Both the position numbers and the translations under genes were made by a program. The notes below the pieces were generated by a model. The model did no database searches, was not told where the DNA came from, and saw only the letters and a program-made list of their open reading frames with translations. This document shows, one piece after another, positions 19,707 through 29,247 of a stretch of 64,000 bases of DNA (its first letter is position 1; every line of letters begins with the position of its first letter). This DNA is from Candidatus Komeilibacteria bacterium RIFOXYD1_FULL_37_29 (GTDB lineage: Bacteria; Patescibacteriota; Patescibacteriia; UBA1558; GWA2-36-10): the NCBI GenBank assembly GCA_001818495.1, contig MHKS01000005.1, positions 250,038-314,037 on the forward strand, in the 5' to 3' direction.

Positions 19707-20021
19707 ATGACTAGCCATATGTTATATTATACTTACATTTTATTAAGCTCAAAATCTCATATTTTTTATTTTGGTTCAACGAATAATTTAAAAAATAGAT
19801 TGGAGCTGCATAATAGCGGCAAGGTAACATCAACTAAATCGCATATACCTTGGAAATTAGTTTGGTATTGTGTATTTGAAACGGAAAAACAGGCAAGAGA
19901 TTTTGAGCTTTATTTAAAAACAGGGTCAGGAAAATCTTTTGCTTATAAAAGACTTATTTCCGTGGCTTTAGAGAAGGATTTCAGGGAAGGGAGAATAGGT
20001 AGTCCGAAGCGGAAGCCTTAG
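19707..20021 (+). CDS. Small standalone GIY-YIG nuclease-domain protein.
   Basis: YTYILLSSKSHIFYFGSTNNLKNRLELHNSG matches the GIY…YIG…R…H/N…E catalytic motif set. 104 aa. Confidence 0.7.
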   Translation: MTSHMLYYTYILLSSKSHIFYFGSTNNLKNRLELHNSGKVTSTKSHIPWKLVWYCVFETEKQARDFELYLKTGSGKSFAYKRLISVALEKDFREGRIGSPKRKP

Positions 20022-20033
20022 CTTTTGCGAAGG

Positions 20034-20051
20034 ATACCTCCCTCTCCGCCA
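20034..20051 (+). repeat. Direct repeat of the tRNA-Ser 3' end (17 of 18 nt identical to 19669-19686), an att-like site.
   Basis: ATACCTCCCTCTCCGCCA versus tRNA ATCCCTCCCTCTCCGCCA. It brackets the GIY-YIG gene. Confidence 0.75.
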
Positions 20052-20190
20052 GATTACCAAGTTTGAACCCAAGCAAAATAAGGGTTTTGTGCTATTGAAA
20101 AGCCGGTGTCCGAATAAGGTGCTGATTTTTTAAAATCCTTATCAAATGAGTAAATTTTTGGTAAAATAGAGTTAATAAGAATAGAATTAT

Positions 20191-22020
20191 ATGTCTAAAA
20201 AAATTGATTACGACAACTGGTCAAAAGATGAGATAATCAAGGAGATTAGGCGAATCAAAGAAACTACATACGGACTTGTGTGGCATCGCGACTTACCTGA
20301 GGAAAAAATTGATATTCTTATAAACCCAGATGCTCGGACTCCAAATGAAATGTTCCCTAACGAAATGGCGGGCAAGCCATTTCCAGTTTTGAAAGAGGCA
20401 AAAACAAAAACAATTGAGACTGATAAAAATAAGCCGACAAATATTTTGATTGAGGGTGATAATTATCATTCTCTTGCCGTTTTGAATTTTACTCATCAAG
20501 AAGCAATTGATTTGATTTACATTGATCCGCCTTACAATACTGGCCACAACGATTTTGTTTACAATGATAAAATTAAAAGCGGTTATGTTGTTAAAGATGA
20601 TCCATTTAGGCATAGTAAATGGATTTCTTTCATGGAAAAAAGGTTAAAACTCGCAAAAAATTTATTGAAATCGTCGGGTGTTATTTTTATTAGTATTGAC
20701 GACAATGAATTTGCTCCATTAAAAATGCTGTGTGACGAGATTTTTGATGAAAGTAATTTCATCTCTATGTTGTCAATTGAAAATAATCCTAAGGGACGGA
20801 AAAACTCCGATTTTATATCTATTTGTAATGATTATTGTCTTATATACGCTAAAGACAAAGGTAAAAGTTATTTTGTTGAAAATATTCCCAAACAAGCTGA
20901 CGACTTAACGATTGATGATAATGGAGACTATGTACACAATAGCGGCAAACGGGTCCTTGTTGGAGAAAATAAATTTAATCCGCTTGTAGAAGATTTTGAA
21001 TCAGCTAAGCATTATAGTGTTTATTACAATCAGACTGATAATAAAATTAAAATAGAGGTGGAAAAAAATATTCACGAGGCAAACAAAGATTTATTAAAAA
21101 ACGGATATAAAAGATACTATTCTTATTTTGGAGACAGATTTGTCTTGAATACTTATACAAAATCAAAAATCATAGAGCTTTTCGAAGATGAGGCTCTCGA
21201 ATTCAAAAATGGGAGTATATATGAAAAAAATTTCAGCACAACAATTAGACTAAAAAGTCTTGTTATCAATAAAAAATATGAGGCAGTAATAAATAATGAA
21301 AAAGCAGAATATCAAATAGATGTTAAAACGACTTCAGCGAAGACTGAATTAAAGGATATTTTCAACACTGACCAAATTCCATTTGATAACCCCAAGAATA
21401 TTGGTTTGATAAAATTATTGGTAACATTATTTGAAAATAAATCAATAACTATTTTAGATTTTTTTGCAGGATCGGGAACGACCGGGCATGCAGTCCTTGG
21501 TCAAAATAAAGAAGATGGAGGAAATCGACAATTTATTCTGTGCACGAATAATGAAAATAATATATGCACTGATATCTGCTATCCCCGTCTTGGAAAAGTT
21601 ATAAAGGGATATAAAAATTCAAGAAATGAAAAAATTGATGGTTTGGGTGGAAACCTGAGATATTTTACTGCTTATGACTTTGTAGAAGCTAAGGAAACAG
21701 ATAGAAACAAAAGAAAACTAGTAAACCAATCAACAGAAATGCTTTGCATTAAGGAAAATGCTTTTGAGCTTGTGCAAGAAGTTGAAGATTATAAAATCTT
21801 CAAGAATCATGATAAATATTTGGGAATTATTTTTCATGAAGATTCTATATCGGACTATGTCAAAGCAATAAAAAAGATAAAAGGACACTTTAATACTTAT
21901 ACATTTTCAATGACGGATGATCCTCACAAAGAGGAATTTACTGATGTTGCGGACAAAGTAACTCTTTGTGCAATTCCAGAAATGATTTTGAAAGTATATC
22001 ATGAGATTTTCAAGGAATAA
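20191..22020 (+). CDS. mod: Type III restriction-modification methyltransferase (Mod), a beta-class N6-adenine/N4-cytosine MTase.
   Basis: DPPY (IDPPYNTG) precedes the FxGxG SAM motif (FFAGSGTTGHAV). The adjacent helicase-type res gene overlaps. Confidence 0.75.
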   Translation: MSKKIDYDNWSKDEIIKEIRRIKETTYGLVWHRDLPEEKIDILINPDARTPNEMFPNEMAGKPFPVLKEAKTKTIETDKNKPTNILIEGDNYHSLAVLNFTHQEAIDLIYIDPPYNTGHNDFVYNDKIKSGYVVKDDPFRHSKWISFMEKRLKLAKNLLKSSGVIFISIDDNEFAPLKMLCDEIFDESNFISMLSIENNPKGRKNSDFISICNDYCLIYAKDKGKSYFVENIPKQADDLTIDDNGDYVHNSGKRVLVGENKFNPLVEDFESAKHYSVYYNQTDNKIKIEVEKNIHEANKDLLKNGYKRYYSYFGDRFVLNTYTKSKIIELFEDEALEFKNGSIYEKNFSTTIRLKSLVINKKYEAVINNEKAEYQIDVKTTSAKTELKDIFNTDQIPFDNPKNIGLIKLLVTLFENKSITILDFFAGSGTTGHAVLGQNKEDGGNRQFILCTNNENNICTDICYPRLGKVIKGYKNSRNEKIDGLGGNLRYFTAYDFVEAKETDRNKRKLVNQSTEMLCIKENAFELVQEVEDYKIFKNHDKYLGIIFHEDSISDYVKAIKKIKGHFNTYTFSMTDDPHKEEFTDVADKVTLCAIPEMILKVYHEIFKE

Positions 22021-24262
22021 TTATATGTCATGGATTAATTTTAAAAATTATCAAGAAACTGCAATCGATGAAATACGCGACAAGATTAATGCCCTGCTCA
22101 AAAAAGAGGGTAATAGACTTTGCGTATTCAAAGCTCCGACTGGTTCGGGGAAAACTTTAATGATGGCGGAATGGATGATGAGGTTTTGTGACCCATATTC
22201 GCGAATTGATGGGAAAACTTTTTCTTTTGTATGGATAGCAGTAAATAAATTACATGATCAAAGCCATGACAGTTTAAAAAAGTTTTATGAGCTCAAAGGA
22301 GCGGGGCTTCGTTGTTCATATTTTCACGAACTTGAGGATAGAAAAATAAAACAGAACGAGATTTTATTTTTGAATTGGGCAAGTATCAATAATGAAGACA
22401 AGATTATTGTTCGCGCGAATGAAAGAGATAATAATCTCTCAACAATAATTGATCGGACCAAAGATGCCAGTCGGACAATTATTTTGATTATCGACGAAAG
22501 CCACCATACCGCAAAAAGTAAAAATTCAAAGGCTTTAATAAAAAATATTGACCCTAAAATTACGATCGAGGTTTCTGCTACACCAGAAATTTTTGATTTT
22601 GATGAGCGGGTAACCATTGATATTGAGGATGTACGAAGCGAGGAAATGATAAAGAAAGAAATTGTAGTGAACCCTGGCTTCAAAAATTACACAGTTGATC
22701 CAAAAAAGAACGATCAAACAGCAGACGAATTAATCTTGAAGTCTGCTTTGCAAAAAAGGATTGATTTGCGAAAAAAATTAGAAAAAGATGGTTCAAATGT
22801 CAATCCCTTATTACTTATTCAATTACCGGATACAAAAAAAGGAGTTCCTGATAAAAAAGAGGAGATTGAAACACTTCTTGCTAAATTTGGCTATACAACA
22901 AAAAATGGAAAGTTGGCTGTCTATCTTTCTGAAAAAGATAACAAAATAAATCTTGCTAATATTGAGAAAAATGAAAACGAAGTGGAGGTAATGATGTTCA
23001 AGCAAGCGATTGCACTTGGTTGGGATTGTCCAAGAGCTACAATTCTTGTGCTTTTCCGTCAATGGAAAGATGAAACGATAACATTCTCAATCCAAACATT
23101 GGGAAGAATCATGCGTATGCCTGAGCAAAAACATTATAAAGATCAAGAGTTGAATATTGCTTATCTTTATACTAGTTTACAAGACATTAATACTCGTATT
23201 TTGAAAGGTGCTTCGTCGGGAATAAAATCTCTTACGAGTTATCGCAATGAGAAATATAAAAATATTGACCTAATTTCATATCACTCAAAACGATTCCGTG
23301 AGGAAACTCGTTTGTCTTCTGATTTTGTGAAAATTTTTATCGAAGCCGCTAAAAAAACAAATTTAAAAGATGTTTCGCTAAAAGTCGGGATTGTGAAAAC
23401 AACAATGATCAAAGATGGACGCGTGGAAAATGCGGATAAAGAAATAACAAAGATTGAAAGTGATACTTTTTCTATACCCAAAACAGAGACGGAGCTGCAA
23501 TATACTTTTGATATGTTTGTGCTTGATAATCTTGATCCGTTTGAACATGAAGCCCGTTCTATAAAACGCATAAACGATTCAATTTATACTTTCTTTGGCG
23601 CACGACGCAAAGAAGATGAATGGCCTAAAATACAAGCCACGATACTTTCGTATGAAAAGAATCGCCAAGCTGTAATTGATGCTATTAATCTAGCAAAAGA
23701 TTTATATAAAACCGAAGTTGGAAAAGGCAAAAAAGAACTGATACAAAATGATGAGCCGTGGAATGTGCCAGAAGCTATTAATTTTGATCCGTCATTTGTA
23801 GAGCAAAATTATAAAAAATCTATAATGCAACCATATTACGCTCGTTCTCGGGATGGAGAAAACGGACGATTGTTTGAGGACAGTGAAATTGAAAATGATT
23901 TTATTAAATACCTAGAAAAAGCACAGAAAGTTGTTTGGTGGTTCAGAAATGGGAAACAAGACGGATCATTTTTTGCTGTCCCGCACATTGAACACGGACA
24001 AGAAAAGCCGTTTTATGTTGATTTTATAGTTATGATGAAAAATGGAACTGTTGGGCTTTTTGATACAAAATCAGGATATACTGCCGAACTAGCAAAATCT
24101 CGCTCTGATGGACTTGTAAAATATATTAATGAGCAGAAAAAGAAAAAAATTACTGGCGGAATTGTGAGATACGAAAAGAAAAGTTGGCTATATTTTACTA
24201 ACAAAGAATATAAATATAATCCGAATGATATAAAGGATTGGGAATTTTTGGATTTGAATTAA
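22001..24262 (+). CDS. res: Type III restriction enzyme Res subunit (SF2 helicase plus C-terminal PD-DxK nuclease).
   Basis: Walker A FKAPTGSGKT, DExH IIDESHH, C-terminal VDFIV…GLFDTK. The real start is probably the ATG near 22025. Confidence 0.75.
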   Translation: MRFSRNNYMSWINFKNYQETAIDEIRDKINALLKKEGNRLCVFKAPTGSGKTLMMAEWMMRFCDPYSRIDGKTFSFVWIAVNKLHDQSHDSLKKFYELKGAGLRCSYFHELEDRKIKQNEILFLNWASINNEDKIIVRANERDNNLSTIIDRTKDASRTIILIIDESHHTAKSKNSKALIKNIDPKITIEVSATPEIFDFDERVTIDIEDVRSEEMIKKEIVVNPGFKNYTVDPKKNDQTADELILKSALQKRIDLRKKLEKDGSNVNPLLLIQLPDTKKGVPDKKEEIETLLAKFGYTTKNGKLAVYLSEKDNKINLANIEKNENEVEVMMFKQAIALGWDCPRATILVLFRQWKDETITFSIQTLGRIMRMPEQKHYKDQELNIAYLYTSLQDINTRILKGASSGIKSLTSYRNEKYKNIDLISYHSKRFREETRLSSDFVKIFIEAAKKTNLKDVSLKVGIVKTTMIKDGRVENADKEITKIESDTFSIPKTETELQYTFDMFVLDNLDPFEHEARSIKRINDSIYTFFGARRKEDEWPKIQATILSYEKNRQAVIDAINLAKDLYKTEVGKGKKELIQNDEPWNVPEAINFDPSFVEQNYKKSIMQPYYARSRDGENGRLFEDSEIENDFIKYLEKAQKVVWWFRNGKQDGSFFAVPHIEHGQEKPFYVDFIVMMKNGTVGLFDTKSGYTAELAKSRSDGLVKYINEQKKKKITGGIVRYEKKSWLYFTNKEYKYNPNDIKDWEFLDLN

Positions 24263-24265
24263 ATT

Positions 24266-25450
24266 ATGGCATTAGAATCAGAAAAATTGGAAGAAAAAAT
24301 AGTTGATAATTATTTTACTGATACTCTATATAGTAGTCGGGAATTTAAGGGTGGAGTAGGTAAATTTTTTACAATAGTATCTCAGGATGAAAATGATATC
24401 CCAAATGTAGTTGATGTTGAGCATTCGTATCCTATACGCAATAAAATAAAGACAACGCTGACATTTATCAAAAAAGAAAACGAAATTACAGCCATTTCCT
24501 TTAAGCGTTTTAAATATTATAAAAAAGAACATTGGGTTGAACAACCAGAAGAACAGATTACTTTTTCATACAGTCTTTTTAAAAAAATTATTGGGTATTT
24601 ACAGTTACTATCAGAATTAAATTTGTCGGCTATTAGTGAGCGAAGAATTGCTTTAGCCGATGACACATTACCGAATATTGACGATGAAACAAAAAAGAAG
24701 ATTAAAACATTGCTTTTACGCAAAGATGGGCAAAAAATTATTGAGGAATTAATAAATAGCGGAATAATTACATCAACCGATATTGTAAATATCGGGTATC
24801 GAAAAAAACAACTTGATGTTTTTGAGAAGCTCCTGACACAACCCGATTATTTTGCAACCTATATAACTGAAAGTAAAATTACAGATACTCGTCATGAGTC
24901 TGTTTGGCAACATTTCTTCCATTCTAATGATTGGATTTTTGGATATGGACTAGATTATCGCTTTCTTGGCATCCTGCAAAAAGAAGCTCATATTTCAAAT
25001 ACAGACGTCGCAGGAAAAGGGGCTGTTATAAATGATTTTCTACTCGGGTGCAATAAATTCACCGTTTTGGTTGAATTAAAAAAACACGACACACCATTAT
25101 TTGGAAAAGACAAAAACCGGTCAAACTCTTGGACACTTTCAGATGATTTAATATCTGGTCTATCTCAAATATTAGAGCAAAAAGCTAGTTGGCAGGTTTC
25201 GGCCGAGACAAATGCAAGTGGAAATTTTGACGATAAGGGTAATTTGATAAAACAAAAAACTATCGATCCAAAAAGTATCTTAGTTATCGGATCAACAAAG
25301 CAATTTGATGGTGATGATAAAGAAAATCAAATTAAAGCAAAAACCTTTGAACTTTTTAGACGAGATTCAAGAAATATAGAAATTCTTACTTATGACGAAC
25401 TGTATGAGAGAGCGAAGTTTATTGTTGAACATAAACAGAAAGACAACTAG
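24266..25450 (+). CDS. Protein with a C-terminal PD-(D/E)xK nuclease-like core, possibly Shedu/DUF4263-like. Third gene of the R-M operon.
   Basis: E…VINDFLL…VLVELKK fits an E-D-ExK arrangement. Start lies 4 nt after the res stop. Confidence 0.45.
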   Translation: MALESEKLEEKIVDNYFTDTLYSSREFKGGVGKFFTIVSQDENDIPNVVDVEHSYPIRNKIKTTLTFIKKENEITAISFKRFKYYKKEHWVEQPEEQITFSYSLFKKIIGYLQLLSELNLSAISERRIALADDTLPNIDDETKKKIKTLLLRKDGQKIIEELINSGIITSTDIVNIGYRKKQLDVFEKLLTQPDYFATYITESKITDTRHESVWQHFFHSNDWIFGYGLDYRFLGILQKEAHISNTDVAGKGAVINDFLLGCNKFTVLVELKKHDTPLFGKDKNRSNSWTLSDDLISGLSQILEQKASWQVSAETNASGNFDDKGNLIKQKTIDPKSILVIGSTKQFDGDDKENQIKAKTFELFRRDSRNIEILTYDELYERAKFIVEHKQKDN

Positions 25451-25793
25451 GTTTAAATAGAATAATCCACCTCATTTTTGCTCTTATCTGATTTTAGCTT
25501 CGGTGTCTCAAACCATTCTGGATGAACCTTGAACATAGCCCTTAATTCGCGTATACTTTTATCAATATCCTTAAATTTGAACCACTTTTTTGGTTCAAAC
25601 TTCGGGACATCGCCACCGCCACTCGATTCGCATTTTGCTTCGCAAAAAGCTCACTCGTGATCTACGGTGCTAAAGCACCTTCGACCATTCTAATTCTAGA
25701 ATCGAGTGTATTGAGCGAGCGTAGCGAGTCGAAAGGCACGCGCTATCGTGCTAGCATAAGTGTATTAAAAAATTTCTATATAGTTATTAAAAT

Positions 25794-26387
25794 ATGGATC
25801 AACAAACAATCAATACATACAACAGGATGTCACAAGAGTATGATGATGAAACAGCTGATTTTTGGGAGCGATTTCCTCGAACATTTCTTGATAAATTTAT
25901 TAAGCTATCCGGTAATAAAATACTTGATGTTGGGAGCGGACCAGGTAGAGATGGTTTGATACTTCAACAGGCCGGTAAAAATGTTGTCTGTGTGGATGCT
26001 TCTGCAGCAATGGTGAAATTGTCTTCAGACAGAGGTTTAAACTCTATAGTAGCCAGTTTCGACAATTTACCATTTGAAAATAATTCATTTGACGGCGTAT
26101 GGTCATATACTGCTCTTTTACATATTCCCAAAAAATCTATCGATACCCCTCTTCAAGAGATTTTTCGTATTATCAAACCTTCAGGTATTTTTGCTCTTGG
26201 TCTGATTGAAGGGGACACAGAAGGATACAAAGAAAGCTCTGAAGTGACTATGCCTCGTTGGTTTAGTTTCTATCAGAAAGACGAAGTTGAAAATTTATGC
26301 CAAAAGCACGGATTTGAGCTGGTTTACTTTGAGACTTTTAAACCAGGGTCCAAGCCCTATTTGAATTTTATTTTTCGAAAAATATAA
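25794..26387 (+). CDS. Class I SAM-dependent methyltransferase (small, 197 aa).
   Basis: ILDVGSGPGRDG motif I, post-I acidic residue, DGVWSYTALLH motif. Confidence 0.7.
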   Translation: MDQQTINTYNRMSQEYDDETADFWERFPRTFLDKFIKLSGNKILDVGSGPGRDGLILQQAGKNVVCVDASAAMVKLSSDRGLNSIVASFDNLPFENNSFDGVWSYTALLHIPKKSIDTPLQEIFRIIKPSGIFALGLIEGDTEGYKESSEVTMPRWFSFYQKDEVENLCQKHGFELVYFETFKPGSKPYLNFIFRKI

Positions 26388-26417
26388 TACTACTAGAACA
26401 TTTTTATCTATCTCAAT

Positions 26418-26665
26418 TTTCACTGTCTTTTCAGGCAGTTTTTTGGTATAATCAAAGCATTAATTAATAAAAATATTATGATTGACGAAGAAATAAAGCA
26501 AATTATTCAGGAAAATAAGGACACTTTGGCTAATATTGATAAAAGGATTGGTCGGATTGAGAAAAATTTTATTTGGAGTTCAATTTTTGGTTTTATAAAG
26601 ATTGTTATTATTGTAGCACCGATTGTTTTTGGTATTATTTATTTTACGCCATTTTTGAAAGATTT
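26418..26665 (+). repeat. Left copy of an approximately 248-bp direct repeat (promoter plus the 5' portion of a small membrane-protein gene).
   Basis: About 95% identical to 33401-33648. Confidence 0.85.
26444..26452 (+). promoter_or_regulatory. Extended -10 promoter element (TGgTATAAT) for the small membrane-protein gene. An identical copy lies at 33427-33435.
   Basis: TGGTATAAT 26 nt upstream of the ATG, duplicated inside the direct repeat. Confidence 0.55.
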
Positions 26666-26690
26666 AAATAAATTGGGTATTATTACATAA
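26478..26690 (+). CDS. Small coiled-coil/TM protein, a truncated paralog of 33461..33811.
   Basis: The first 60 aa are nearly identical to the 33461 copy, then the sequence diverges and ends. Confidence 0.55.
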   Translation: MIDEEIKQIIQENKDTLANIDKRIGRIEKNFIWSSIFGFIKIVIIVAPIVFGIIYFTPFLKDLNKLGIIT

Positions 26691-26707
26691 TTAAGAAATG
26701 GTAGTAT

Positions 26708-28426
26708 ATGAAAAAGTCAAAAGTCATATTAGGGATTACTGCCTTTAATCATGATTCTTCGGCGTGCTTAATTTATCAAGGTAGAGTAATTGCATTTTGT
26801 GAGGAGGAAAGATTCAATGGCATAAAACATACCGGAGATTTTCCGATAAAATCAATTTTATTTTGTTTAGAAAAAGCTGGTTTGTCATTAAATGATGTGA
26901 CTGATGTAGCTTTTTATTTTAATATTAAAAAATGTTTATTGAGTTATATAAAGAACAATAATCCACTCTATTATATTATTCATCCATCTTTATTTAAGAG
27001 GAAAAGATTTTATTATGAAATTATTTGGTTATTTAGTTTTATAAACAAAATTAATTCAATTAAAAAACTCCTTAATAATTATAAGATAAAGATTACTTAT
27101 GTAGATCATCATATGGCGCACGCTTGGTATGGGTATTTTTCTTCAAATTTTAAAAATTGCACGGTAGTTTCTAATGACAGCGTAGGCGAGAGTGTGAGTA
27201 GTTTAGCCGTAAAGATACAGAGAGAAGATAAAAAAATTATTTTTGGTAAGACATTCAGTCAAACAGACCCTCACTCTATTGGGTATTTGTATGGTGCTAT
27301 AACTGAATTTTTAGGATTCAAAAGAGGTCAAGACGAAGGAAAGGTTATGGCTATGGCGGCTTTAGGGAAAGATAAATATGTAAAATATTTTGATGACTTG
27401 ATTAGATATTTACCTAATGGGGAATTTAGAATAAGTAAGGAGTTGATTTCCTTACGTAATTTTCAGCCAAAATCACAAAGATTAAGCAATGATTTTTTAA
27501 AAAAATTTGGATATTATCGTCAACCCCAAGAACCATTTATCCAAAAGCATTATGATATTGCTTATGCAATACAAGGGGTAACGGAAAAAATTTTATATCA
27601 CCAATTAAAATATATTAATGATGATAATATAGTCATTACTGGTGGTATTGCTCAAAATAGTGTAGCCAACGGGAAACTCAACAATTTTTTTTATAAAAGA
27701 AATATATTTATTCCTCCGATTCCTAATGATGCCGGGTGTGGTATTGGCGCGGCGCTTTCTTTATATTATAAGTATTATGAAGATTTACCAGAGTTTGTGG
27801 ATACTGCGTTTTTAGGCCCAGAATTTTCTGATCATAAAATCATTAAAACATTAGAAAATAATAAAATAAATTTTAAAATTATAAAAAATCAGACGGAATT
27901 CATTATTAATGAGCTTTTGAAAAATAAGATTATCGCTATATATAGAAATGAGATGGAGTGTGGTCCTAGGGCATTAGGTAATAGGAGTATAATAGCCAAT
28001 CCAATTGATCCGGCGATGAAGAATTACATCAATGAAAAAATAAAACACCGTGAATTTTTTCAGCCATACGGCGGGTTGATTATTGATAAAAATGTTAAAG
28101 AAGTATTTGATTATAAGAATAAAAATATTTCCGGACCATATATGTCTTTTGTTTATCCAATTAAAGATAAATGGTTAAAAATGTTTCCATCTTTGGTTCA
28201 TTTTGATAAAACTTCTAGAATTCAAATAATAAAGAAGGAACAAAATTTTTTATATAGTCTCTTGGAAGAATTTTATAAAAAAACAGGTGTCCCCGTAATT
28301 ATAAATACTTCCCTTAATTTAAGAGGGCAGCCTATGGCAAGAAGCCATCAAGATGCTTTAAACACATTTTATAATTCGGGGATTCATTATATTTTATTTA
28401 ATAACAGTATTCTAGTTTCAAAATGA
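26708..28426 (+). CDS. Carbamoyltransferase, NodU/CmcH/NovN family (O-carbamoyltransferase).
   Basis: N-terminal ILGITAFNHDSSACL…CEEERFNGIKH and DHHMAHAW, the hallmarks of the NodU/CmcH family. 572 aa. Confidence 0.75.
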   Translation: MKKSKVILGITAFNHDSSACLIYQGRVIAFCEEERFNGIKHTGDFPIKSILFCLEKAGLSLNDVTDVAFYFNIKKCLLSYIKNNNPLYYIIHPSLFKRKRFYYEIIWLFSFINKINSIKKLLNNYKIKITYVDHHMAHAWYGYFSSNFKNCTVVSNDSVGESVSSLAVKIQREDKKIIFGKTFSQTDPHSIGYLYGAITEFLGFKRGQDEGKVMAMAALGKDKYVKYFDDLIRYLPNGEFRISKELISLRNFQPKSQRLSNDFLKKFGYYRQPQEPFIQKHYDIAYAIQGVTEKILYHQLKYINDDNIVITGGIAQNSVANGKLNNFFYKRNIFIPPIPNDAGCGIGAALSLYYKYYEDLPEFVDTAFLGPEFSDHKIIKTLENNKINFKIIKNQTEFIINELLKNKIIAIYRNEMECGPRALGNRSIIANPIDPAMKNYINEKIKHREFFQPYGGLIIDKNVKEVFDYKNKNISGPYMSFVYPIKDKWLKMFPSLVHFDKTSRIQIIKKEQNFLYSLLEEFYKKTGVPVIINTSLNLRGQPMARSHQDALNTFYNSGIHYILFNNSILVSK

Positions 28427-29247
28427 TTAAAGATTTTCAAAAGATAGAGTTTTTAAAATCACTTTACAGTGATAAAGACTTAATATCGTTTCGTGGCAAT
28501 TTTTTAAAAAATAATTCCAACCGTAAATTCTCATTAAGATCTTTTATTATTAAACTTTTGCCGATGCTAAAGGATAAAAAAATATTAGACATTGGTTGCG
28601 GAGACGGGTCATTCCTCAATAAATTACATACGGTATATCCTCAAAATAAATATTTTGGTTTGGATGTAGTAGATAATGCTAAATGCCATAAATTGAAATT
28701 TCTTGACTACAAAATTTATGATGGTAAATCCAGGGTTTATTATACGGAAAAATTTGATGTGATATTTTGTATGCACACTGTTTATCATATCGAAGATTTA
28801 TTCACTTTTTTTACAACGATGAAAGACTATTTAAAGCCCCATGGCATTATTATCATTACTACGAAGTCTAAATTGACTTTTCCTAAAATAGAATCAATCT
28901 TTTTAAAGATTGTCGGTAAGCTTGACTTAAAAAAATATTTAAAAATTAGCAAACACAGAGAGGAATCAAAATTTTGTTTGGAGAACGGATTAAACAGATT
29001 AAAAAAACACTTCGCTAGGCGGTCATTTAGTATAAATGAGTATGTTTTAGAAACGCAGGTTTTTGTTAATGACAAAAAAGATCTTTTGAAATATGTTTTT
29101 TCTACAAATAGATATAATATTTTGAAAGATACTTTAAACAAAAAAATTGTTGAAAAATATACAAAACTTTGGTTTGAAGAAATTGATAAAGATCAGATAT
29201 TCATTGATAAATATACGGAGGCTGTTTATTTAATAAAAAAATTATGA
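28423..29247 (+). CDS. Class I SAM-dependent methyltransferase.
   Basis: ILDIGCGDGSF motif I, D at the end of beta2, FDVIFCMHTVYH. Overlaps its neighbours and lies in the operon. Confidence 0.7.
   Translation: MIKDFQKIEFLKSLYSDKDLISFRGNFLKNNSNRKFSLRSFIIKLLPMLKDKKILDIGCGDGSFLNKLHTVYPQNKYFGLDVVDNAKCHKLKFLDYKIYDGKSRVYYTEKFDVIFCMHTVYHIEDLFTFFTTMKDYLKPHGIIIITTKSKLTFPKIESIFLKIVGKLDLKKYLKISKHREESKFCLENGLNRLKKHFARRSFSINEYVLETQVFVNDKKDLLKYVFSTNRYNILKDTLNKKIVEKYTKLWFEEIDKDQIFIDKYTEAVYLIKKL

Noticed and set aside
19368-19710. ORFs 19368..19640 (-) and 19465..19710 (+).
   Set aside because: They overlap the tandem repeats and the tRNA-Ser gene. Their repetitive translated sequence mirrors the DNA repeat.
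25657-25959. ORF 25657..25959 (+).
   Set aside because: It starts in the GC-rich palindromic remnant and runs out of frame into the start of the well-supported methyltransferase (25794). It has no motif.
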